From Antedon mediterranea (taxonomy: Eukaryota; Animalia; Echinodermata), in assembly GCF_964355755.1 (NCBI RefSeq), contig NC_092671.1, positions 38,698,304 to 38,762,303 on the forward strand: a DNA stretch of 64,000 nucleotides. The letters are read 5' to 3'. A model generated the notes under the pieces. It did not search any database. It saw nothing but the letters and a program-made list of their open reading frames with translations, and had not been told where the DNA came from. A program made the translations under genes and the position numbers. The first letter of the stretch is position 1. Every line of letters begins with the position of its first letter. Positions 39,216 through 50,200 of this stretch are shown piece by piece.

Positions 39216-42200
39216 ATGGCTAAGTTTGTAATTGCAGGTTTGTGCCTTTATTTACTCTTCTTTAATTTAAATTTCACAATCTGTTTATAAAGCCCGCAGA
39301 TATATGATATAAAGATAGGCTAGGCTTGGAGGCCTAGCCTAGAGTAGGTAGGCCCAGACTGAGGCCGAGCAGCAGCTAGGAAATTAATAAGCCTAGGAGC
39401 CTACTTTAACCTGGATGTAGGCCTATGCCTAGCCTACCTAATATGTAAACGATAATATGCCTAGGCTATGAAGAATTGAATTGTATACAAACAAATTACA
39501 ACACTCGAAATTGTAAAGAGAATGTAAAAAATAATACAATCAATAAATGGAAACTGATTATTTTTTAGGTCATGCGGATTGTCCGTATTATGCCAAGACT
39601 GAATTATTGGCAGATAATCTCCAAACAAATCTAGCTGACTTTAAGATACATAAGATCGTGAAAACATCTGGAGAATGGGAGGTTAGTAAAACAAAGACCA
39701 TTCTTATTTTTTATTTAATTTATCTATTCTTACTTTAATACTTTTTGTATATTATGATAAGTAGACTTATATTTACTTGGTGTTTTTTTATTTTTGATTA
39801 ATCATATCTGTTTTTACTTTAACATTATATTAATAATGAAACAATTTGCATGGCATCTGTGTTTTGTTTGGTATCATCATTACTATTATTAGGCCTAATT
39901 ATTTAATAAATGTCTTCTTTTTTGTTTTTAAGGAATGGTTAAATACCACATGCAGCAAGAATGGTTGGTGCCATAAAAAGTCTCCTATTGTTTGGAGAGA
40001 GCTTATTGACCGAGGCGGCAAGGGAGTTCTGATAGGTGGTTGTAATGAATTCCAAGAATATGCTCACGGTTACTACGGCATTAAATCAGACATGAAAAGC
40101 TTAGATATGAATAAAGTTAGTGAAGAAAATCTGTGTACAAAGATTACGACCATTCAGGAGGATGAATATCTAAAGAGCCTTAGTAATCCATTGAAAGTTT
40201 GTATCACGAATGCTTCTAAACCCATGGCTTACTACATGGTGTATGAAATCGCAAGAGGTGATGTCTTTGGGACAACCACAGAAATAAATTTGACTTTATT
40301 GGTAGATGACAAAGACAGTGGTGCAATTAAAGGTCTTGAAATGGAGGCACAAGATCTGGCTTGTACACTTTTGAGAAAACTCACCATCACAAGTGACGTC
40401 AAGGAAGCGTTTGACGGTGTCAGTGCTGTTGTCTTCTTAGATGGCTCTTCCCTTAAACCAGAAGAATCTCGTGAAGATTGGTTAAAATTAAATGGTAATC
40501 TGTTCAGAGAATATGGCAGGACCCTGAACGCTATCGCTGCCAATGATGTCAAGGTGTTAATTGCTGGTGATGGTCCTTTAAATTTCAATGCCTACATGCT
40601 CGGAACCACAGCGCCAGCAGTGGCTCGACAAAACATTGTGGCTATGGCGCGGTTACTTGAGAACAGAGCCAAGGCAGCGATTGCAAGGAAGCTAAATGTC
40701 AACTCGGCATTCGTTGTAGACTTAATTACCTGGGGAAATATTAGTGGAACCAGTCTGACTGACGTCAATAAAGCATCTGTACATCAGTATGACGGAGCGA
40801 TAGTAGGACCTGATTGGTACTCAAGACCTGTCAAAGAAATGGTTCATGATGACAAATGGCTGTCTACTGAATTCTTTGACAGCATAAAAAACCATGAAAG
40901 TACTCTTACAAAGACTATTGGACATTGTGCCATGCTTTCAGCAGCTTCTGCAGTTATTGGTGTCTTGAGAGATTGGTGGAATGGTTCGGAGAATGGAACA
41001 ATGTTATCGTTAGGTGTCTTTTCAGAAGGTATTTTATTTTTGTTATGTAATTGTGCAAACAAGCGCAGACAAATTATATCAGTAATGCTCTGTCTACATT
41101 ATCAAACTTCATGTGACAAAAAAGTGTGATGTGCCCAAATATGGTAGTGATGTACCCAAATATGGTAGTGATATGACATCATCATGTCCATATATGGGCA
41201 CATCATATTTTTTTGTCACATACAGTTTGATAGTGTAGACAAGGCTTTATTAAATCTAGTAAGACCGTGTTCGTACGGCGATTGAAATATACGTTTATTT
41301 GGTTTTTACCCTTGGGGTAAAACCCATACGACGTTCGTACGAATAAACAAAGTACCGGTAAGCTGACACGAAACCAATTAAGATCGGAATTCTTAGGTCA
41401 AAAAGCGCCCTCTGTGCGTCGACCCATATCAATTGACATGGCGTGTTGACAAATTCAACTGGATATTGCATGTCGTTTCGCGCGCGAATTGTTCAATTAT
41501 TATTTTTCAATCGACAACCAGACCTATATATTTATAATACTGTACATCGAATACAATTTACTTTTTAAATAAATAATGATCGAAAATCCTGCTAACGTAT
41601 GTTGTTTGTTGACCACGTGTATTTATCGTGCGAGCCGAACTATTGTTGTGAAAATTCCCTTTAATGTACACGCACTGTACCCCTCTTGTAAAAATCACCA
41701 TGTGTATTCATCGTGCGAGCCGAACTATTGTTGTAAAAATTCCATTTAACACGCACTGTACCCCTCTTTAAATCGTGCGAGCCGAACGGTTGATGTGGTA
41801 ATTCACAGACACCAGGCTACCACAATACAGAACTCCCTGCCGTTACATGTACATTATAAGCCACCGATTCGCAAGTTCAGGTCACCGGAAAAAAACCAAC
41901 GAGTTGATTATTTATATATAATTTTACAAAACAATAGATATACATTCGCATTAACGAAAAAGAACATTTTAAACAATAATTGTTAAACAATCAGAAAGCT
42001 TATTTGAGGTCGCGATTTGACATGACCCCGTTAACGCTTGATTAATTATACCCCGAGGCAGCGTGTAATTGGAATGGGATTGAAATAACCAGTAAAGTTG
42101 GTGGATTTTTCGTCCAGATGGTTTTTTAATTTTTTATAGCCAGAGGCGTAAGTTAATTGCCACACGCGACCTCACAGTTGGAAGTACACGGTAGTTTCAG

Positions 42201-42976
42201 TCCCGTCCGAACGGGCCCCTGATGATAGTGTGTTAATAGAATTAAAACTGGACAATTGCAAGACACATGCTGTGCTACTGTATATACACAAATTTATTTA
42301 TTATTACATCTGTCCTTGATGTTAGGCAATCTTAAGCTCTGTCTACACTATCAAACTTTATGTGATGTGCCCATATATGGACATGATGATGTCATGTAAC
42401 TACTATATTTGGGCACATCACACTTTTTTTGTTACATAAAGTTGGATAGTGTAGACAGAGCTTAAGATCCATTCTTGATTTGTGTGATTGTTTCATGATC
42501 CTTATTTTCATTTTTCTTCTTATTTTCATTTTTCTCCTTATTTTCATTTTTCTCCTCTAGGTTGGTATGATCTTCCGTCTGACATCATATTCTCTCTTCC
42601 TGTCAAGTTCCACAAAGGCAGTTACGAAGTTGTCCAAGATCTTGATATCAACGATGACGACAAACGGACTCTAGAGAGTATCGCAAAAGAACTAATTTCC
42701 GAGAAAGAAGTCATATTTCCACCTTCACATACCAACACTCCAGCACCATCACCAGTGAATACTGGTGAACCTCAAGTGTTTGGCACCACAGAGACCAGTG
42801 AATCGAAACCTGTCACGGAGGAAAATCCTGAAAGTGTCGCGGCTGAGACTGCAGATGTCAATATTGATCGTACTGGTCCGCTGTCAAGAATTGTTGAAGA
42901 GGCCGAGCCAGATAGCAAAGACGGGACAAAAGCTAATAGTGAAAAATTACCTACAGAACCAATAAGTGAAGACTAG
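39216..42976 (+). CDS. MDH1B: Putative malate dehydrogenase 1B, 548 aa
   Basis: Exons 39216-39237, 39569-39681, 39933-41028, 42561-42976 (1647 nt). The N-terminus [29 protein letters not shown]...[20 protein letters not shown] is characteristic of MDH1B and is followed by an MDH/LDH-like domain. Confidence 0.95.
41083..41249. mobile_element. MITE family A
   Basis: Both TIRs; starts about 55 bp downstream of the MDH1B exon 3 donor. Confidence 0.85.
41262..42219. mobile_element. Non-autonomous DNA transposon (Harbinger-like TIRs) with an internal triplicated motif
   Basis: Imperfect TIRs gttcgtacggcgattgaaa / tttcagtcccgtccgaac; internal tcgtgcgagccgaac x3 (41626, 41711, 41773). It interrupts a sequence whose uninterrupted inverted copy lies at 43020-43127. 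Confidence 0.65.
42332..42465. mobile_element. MITE family A, opposite orientation to the 41083 copy
   Basis: ttaagctctgtctacactatc ... gatagtgtagacagagcttaa. Confidence 0.85.
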
Positions 42977-44735
42977 ATATTAGCTATTGTATGAGTGCAG
43001 AAGTATTCATCCATGGGATGATGTAATAAGTTAAATAAATTTGTGTATATAGCACACCATGTGTCTTGCAATTGTCCAGTTTTAATTCTATTAACACAAG
43101 ATCATCAGGAGACTTACTAGATTTAATTTTATTACCGTAATTTGGTTGCGACTGATAAATACCAATTGTGGAAAACTATGAAAACTGTTTTTTTGCATGC
43201 ATGCTTAAACAGTGCATAATGAATAACATTGATTGAAAACACTGTATTTTGGGATTAAGATATTATTTCTCCATGCCCTTCTAATATCTGTTAGTTTTTA
43301 GTGTAGTTTTTGTTACTTTCTTTTTTTGTGGATCTCGTGTGGGTTATTCAACGGCCATTTATAAAATAGTTTATAATAAAATCATTGGGAATATCCAGCA
43401 CATCTCATTATGTTTATAAATATGTACAGTAACATTGTGGAATAAGTTCAATGAATTTTAAACTCCCGCTAGAATACGTAAGTAAGCTTGGTTCCCACAA
43501 GCGACGCAACACAAGGACGTGACGCAACGTAATTGATTTGACCAATCACAAGCGATGGATTATTCGAACAGTGGCTTGTCATTGGTCGACTCGCTTCAGG
43601 GAGATACTGCCGACATTGTCATTGGCGGCGGACCTCAGCCTTCGCGAAATCTCAGTTCATACCATTGAATTGTTATTATAGAGTTTTATACTAAGCCAAA
43701 TCCATTTGTCATTGGCACACGAAGGTTCTTCACAAACCTGTAATTGTGCGTGCGCAAGGTTTTTTGTTGTACCGTATTAATTAGCATTGAGCATCTCAAT
43801 TTGCTACGGAGTACGACTATGCATATTGTGACGTTTCTTCGCCGAACAAAATCCGTAAAAACTGTCGTCGAGTAATCAAGTTCATTTATTCACCAATAGT
43901 ACAATTACAATAAGTATTCTTTTTTTCAATCGACTCGTGAGGAAGAGCACGTCCAAAATGTCTACGCATGCGCAATTAATTTACCATGACGTATCTAGTT
44001 CCCTGGTCATAATAACACTAATAATCGAAATCTCCCCTTATCAAATTTAGAGAAATTATTAAATATTCGTCAATTATTACTCAGACCTACATTTAGGTCT
44101 GCGCGCAGTTTCTTCGATTACGTAGTACACCCAGTATCCATTCGCACGCATGTTTACAAGTCCGAAATCTTTACCTTTCAAAATATCAAGTGTTGGATGT
44201 TAACTTGGACCAGCTGAAGCGGGGCATGACGAAGCATGCAACAACTTTGATTGAAAAACGCTGATTAAACTAGGAAATCGATCGATGAGCATTCGCATCA
44301 ATTACGATTAGAACGTTACATGATAAACGGCGGCGCCAAATTAACGTAGACAGAACGTCGATATAGGATGAAGCGAATGAGAATGGTATGCCAGCATTTC
44401 GTCACTTCTTACGTATTGATTATTTTATGAAACAATAGATACCATCAAAAACTACTAATCAACAACCTGATGTAGTTTGGTAAAGTGGCAGTCGGGCATT
44501 CACGTTTTACTCGACAGATCTCGGTCATCCTGTTGAACGCAAAGGATAAACTAAAGGTTGGCATGGTGCGCTCTGAATAAACACGTCACACGAGAAGCGA
44601 CACGCGCGCGTCAGGCGGCGTTCAAACGAAAGAGAGTCGCGTGAAGCTTCGCGCGTAAATTGTTCGGTGTGCACACACCGGTCTTTATAAGTTGTACAAG
44701 TATCTGCATATAAACATACCCAAACGCATATTGGG

Positions 44736-44992
44736 TCACACTCGTTACATTCGTCACACTCGTCATACACTTGTCACACACTCGTCATACACTTGTCACA
44801 CACTCGTCATACACTTGTCACACACTCGTTATACACTTGTCACACACTCGTTATACACTTGTCACACACTCGTTATACACTTGTCACACACTCGTCATAC
44901 ACTTGTCACACACTCGTCATACACTTGTCACACACTCGTCATACACTTGTCACACACTCGTCATACACTTGTCACACACTCGTCACACACTT
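44736..44992. repeat. 22-bp minisatellite, about 11 copies
   Basis: Unit cacactcgtcatacacttgtca. Confidence 0.95.
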
Positions 44993-45522
44993 CCGTTGCT
45001 CAACTCTGATGCACACTCTTTACGTGGTACACTAACGTTATTTTCGACCAATATTAAATATCGCTATCAAATAAAACGTAAAACTTTAATAATCTTTTCA
45101 ATGAAACATATTTAATCTTTATTTCAAACCTACAAAATAAATAAAGGTACATAGTAGCCTTTCAACCAATCAACGGTACTTATAAAACCTAGATACGTAA
45201 GCGATCTATCATTATGAGCGCAGTGGGATAATTTTATATGATTGCTGGAAACAGACAGATAATAAGAAACTCGTTATCATTGATTGGTTTACTATTTATT
45301 ACCCATATTTTCCAAAATTTAAATAAAATCTGTTTAGTCCGTAAAATGGTATGAAAATTGGTTCTATATATTCATTTTATTAGACCTAACTTCAATTTAC
45401 ACAATTTTTTTTCCGAGAATAAAATTGTAATGATGACGAAAGCGAACATGTCAGGGGGACGCGAAAGATTTCCCAAATACAGATTGCGAGCGCGCGTAAA
45501 CCTATAATTTAACCTAACAGTT

Positions 45523-45670
45523 TTAAGCTCATCTCACTATCACACTTTATGTGACAAAAAAAAAGTGATGTGCCCATATATGGACACGATGATGTCACAC
45601 CATATAGCACTACCATATTTGGGAATATCACTACCAAACTTTGTGGTTTGATATTGTAGACATAGCTTTA
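45523..45670. mobile_element. MITE family A (degenerate)
   Basis: Internal gtgatgtgcccatatatggac core with eroded TIRs. Further partial copies at 11920, 14692, 28276, 29839, 54270, 54399, 56381 and 60022. Confidence 0.7.
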
Positions 45671-45719
45671 GATTTTCCTTTACACTTCATGAATCGGAGA
45701 CTTGACAAAATGTTCTTGG

Positions 45720-46176
45720 TGACGTCACGATCCCCCACTATATCCGAACCTGTTATATGATATTCAAGAACAAACAATTTAAGTGTAAGACCTATTACAG
45801 ATATCATAAAGTACTCGATGAAAATACTCAGATTTTCACTCCTAAACTGACATATTTCAAATATTTCACACATTTCTTAAATCAATTCTCTTCAAGTTGA
45901 TACTGTGGATCACACTTGATCTTGCTAGCCAATCACAGATCAATCTACATCGTTTGTATTCAAGAAGGATTGAGAAAAAATGAATTGAAAAATTACGAGA
46001 CACTATAGACATGTTATATAATGGTATGTGTGGGAATTAAAGCACCGTTCAATTAACAATTTCAATCTAGCAAATATTTTATTTCAATATTCGTCGTCGC
46101 TGCTGCCACGCGGTTATGATGCTGGGGCATCGGAGCGAACGACGCACAGACTTTCCGTGACGTCAGAAATATAAAA
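45720..46176 (+). promoter_or_regulatory. Two full palindromic CRE sites upstream of GAD
   Basis: TGACGTCA at 45720-45727 and 46158-46165, the latter followed by ATATAAAA at 46169; function is inferred only. Confidence 0.3.
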
Positions 46177-47281
46177 AATCAAAAAATATACATAATCGTA
46201 TGATTTGCTATACTTTAGATTATTTAAAATAGTTATAAAAGTATGAAAGCACAACACATGAGTAAAATTATTTTAAAAAGCGTATATTTTAAATAGGCTG
46301 ATTGTGTAGGCCTATATAAGTGGAGACATAATTTATGTTTTTCTAATACGAAAATAATTGCCGAATAAATTTGTATAGTAATGATTTTTCTATTTATCAT
46401 AATGATTAATATCAATACCATTTCTTTTTATAAACTAAACGTATTGCAATTTTATATCTCAGACAGGACCACAAGCTAAACCAGGTATATTTTTACTCGA
46501 TTGTGAAATCCTGTAGGCCTATAAATATGTTATTTATCCAAATAAGATCAAACGAATAAATAAATCGAGCATGCGCGGCTAACCATTTCCTTACATGGCG
46601 TAAGGCCAATGATAATAGTAAACTAATTCTGTTGAATTCATGATGATGACGTGATTTGTTGTTTGTACGTACGCGTCGTGACGTTTGCGCCCAAACCCCT
46701 CCCACCATGCGTCGCGCATGCTATTTGGGACGATAACAACCTTATCCCCAGAATTGATTTAATGAATATAATTAAAATGTGGTATTTGAGTGTTGAACTT
46801 AACTAACATTAGTTGTACTTGAATTGATTGGTTCTTGTAATTCAAATTTAACGGCCATTTACGTAACCAGAGTAATTACACGAGGACGTTTAATTAATTT
46901 TTTAGATCCTTGTCAATATTCACTTCGATTACATAAATAAATGATGCAAACTCACAGATATCAAATCTATCTACAGTGAATTATTTTGACTCCCATCTGT
47001 GGTCTACGATTTCACGAACATCAGGTTCGATCGAAGATCTGATAGATAGTATAAGAAGAAGCTTTCTACTTGAATGAGCACAGGCGTGTGATTGCAATTA
47101 CTCAGATAGTTGAAGTTATTATTTACTTCTCACCAACGTATCTACCATTCAGTTAGGAAGAATCGTCTGCCGTGCGCGAATTAACTCAGCGGGAAATATA
47201 TCTGAACTTTTCAATTTATATATTTATTGACGTGATTTTGTTTTTTTACGACTGTACTGTTACTAAAAACCGACGTTAAAT

Positions 47282-50200
47282 ATGTCTCGACGTAGGCTCA
47301 TGAGTGCAGAAGTTATTTCAGATTCTAACCGAATGGCGGGAGTTACGGAACGAATCGGTTCGCTTGGATTAAACGGCTCGAAAAAAGATTTGCGAGAACG
47401 TGATAATGAACGACTGAGGCGGACTATGTCCGTGGATGACGCGTTGATTACTCAGCCTCCACAAGAAGAGCTCCAACCTGACTATTTTGAGCTCTATGCA
47501 CGAGGTTAGCTTTTTCATTTTTTTAAAGAGTTTATTTTACAATGCCAAATTCGATTAAAAAATGCATGAGGTTAGCTTTTTCATTTATTTTTAAGAGTTT
47601 CTTTTAAAATCCCAAATTCGATTAGAAAACAGCGCACAATTCTCCACTCCAAACTTCACTCTATACATTATTACTATTAGTTTGCAGGCTATAGCTACTG
47701 TGAAATATGAATATATTCCACCATTGTGTTTTATTTTCACTGTGCTGGAAAATGAATGATTTTTTTTTAATTGCTTATTGTATTTTTGTTTAATGTACTT
47801 TTAATCGTCGTTTTGAAGCAGAATTGCAATTAAAATGTCTTGAATCAATAAACTAATCTGTGATCTAATAATTGTCATTTTAAAATTCTCAATGATAATT
47901 GTTACGGTCCAATTATTAGAGACAACATATCCGTAAGTTACCTTACAATATTGACCATCGGATCCTGGCAAAGTAATCCTTGACCATTGTACTGGTACAC
48001 TTCAATCAGAAAGTGACCATAACGGTTAACCTCAAACTGTATTAAGGTTTGTTCAAGTGGTATCAATAGAAAATGTTTCAATTCAAGCTAAACTTGTGTA
48101 GAAATACACAAGAAAAATACTATTTTTAGATTTTGTATGTAGAAAGAAGATGAAGTCTAATTAAGCTTTTAATTAACGTAAATTACGGAGTTGTGAGTGC
48201 GTGTGGCCCAGAGTGCTGGTCGTTGGATTACTGATCGTGAGATCGTGGTTCGAATCCTACTCTCGCCACATTGCTTGTATCCTAGGCAAGACACTTTACT
48301 TACATTTGCCTCTCTTCAGATGTATAGGGTACCGGTTAGAACAAGACACAACTTTTGTTGTTATTACAATTTTCTACTAATTCTATTACATTTTATAATA
48401 GGAATACTTTTAATAAACAAAGGGCATGTTTGTTGCACACCTGATATGTATCTTCGTAAAATAATTCAATTTACTCCGTGTTTAAACTATGTACAACATG
48501 CATTATATTAGACAGAAGAAGCTCTTCAACATTGTACATCATTTCTGGTTCTCTCTTAAATGTACTTCAAAAGTCACTCAAAGTGTTCTTGGCGAACATT
48601 GTTTAATAACATTGTTTTACAGAACTTGTTCGTAGGCCTTGCTATCTTTATTTATTTATTTCATTGCAACTTTATACTATGAAGAAGGTACCCATTCCAA
48701 CTGAATCCCCTGGCCAGCTGATACTGTACAGGGGCACTCTTTAAAATAATAAAATATAAACATTTGTGGAAACCTTTATCGGACTTAATAATTAATTTAA
48801 TCCTATCAAGTATATTATTACAAATAAAGATTTACCTCAAATTAATCTTTACTTGTCTTAATTTGTTTATTTCTTTTGAACGTTATTTATTTATTTATTC
48901 ATTTTCCAACCAACAGTGAACTCATGGTTCACCACTTACAGGAGGAACACAGACAAACACAAAACATATATAATAACATTAAACTAAACTACAAACAATG
49001 TTACGAAACTTACGGAAATTATTCCATGGTCGTTTACAAGTTACATCAGTAGTAGGCCTGTGAATAATTGTTATCTTTTGCTCATCATTTTTATTTCATC
49101 AACCCAATAAATTGTATAAAATCATATAATGTTATACTCCAAACTATCGTTCAGCTACAATCGTTAGGTTCCTACATTATTATTACATTATTAGTATATT
49201 GATAATTTTTAAAACTAATCTAAAAAGCATTGCAATATAAATATTGATTTATATTTTCGAAATAAAATTACAGAAATATCTAATGATATAAACTAGTTTA
49301 TTAGATATTATTAGCATTATTTCCCTAGGTAAACCACGGGGGTATCGTCCTCGACATGATTAATATTTTATGGCAACCATATCCCCGGATGACACGGGTA
49401 TAATCTACAAACGAACGTTGCACTTGCTATGTTGTAGTTTCAAATGACTGCACAAAATAGCATACGTTACGACTTATATCGCATAACCTTAATATAGAAA
49501 CCGGTCGGTGGTCTCGCACTCCACCCCAATCTTTGTGAATGCGGCAAAGTGCAGACCGAGCTTCACGCATTATGTGAATACCCATTTACTGCACGCATAC
49601 GCTTAACTTAAAGCTCAGGTACAGGCATGAATTTTAAATATAATATTTGGTTAATTGTACATAAATCAAATATTTGTAACAGAAATCAAGACGAAAAAAC
49701 ATGAATTTCCCTTAATATGGTCAAATACAAAATTTGGAAAAATTCTTCCATAAAAACCAGGAAGATTTTTTTCAGTAGTTAGGTAGTTAACCTAATGTAA
49801 TAACATGTCTGGTGACTCCCCAGACAGTGAAAAAAGGTGGTGGATATATGGTGGATAAATTTTGCTATAGCATGAAAATGAAAATCTGAAGTTGAATAAA
49901 AATATCAGAAATGTAATATTCAAGTTATATTACCTATATTTAGTCATCTGATAACATTTTTTACCACACCGTTTATTTTTCATAGCTTTTTAAAATGCCT
50001 CTCTATTTACAAAATTTGTGTATAAAAGAATAGAGATTTTACTGTGTAATTTGAACTATCCCCCACTGATAAGAAAGTGCTTATTTTTAACAAGCTCGTG
50101 TAACACAAATAAAATCCCAACAATTATGAAACATAGGGGAAACTATAGATCGATAATTATTGGAATTTATGATCAATAGACATTTTTTGCCCGCACCTGA

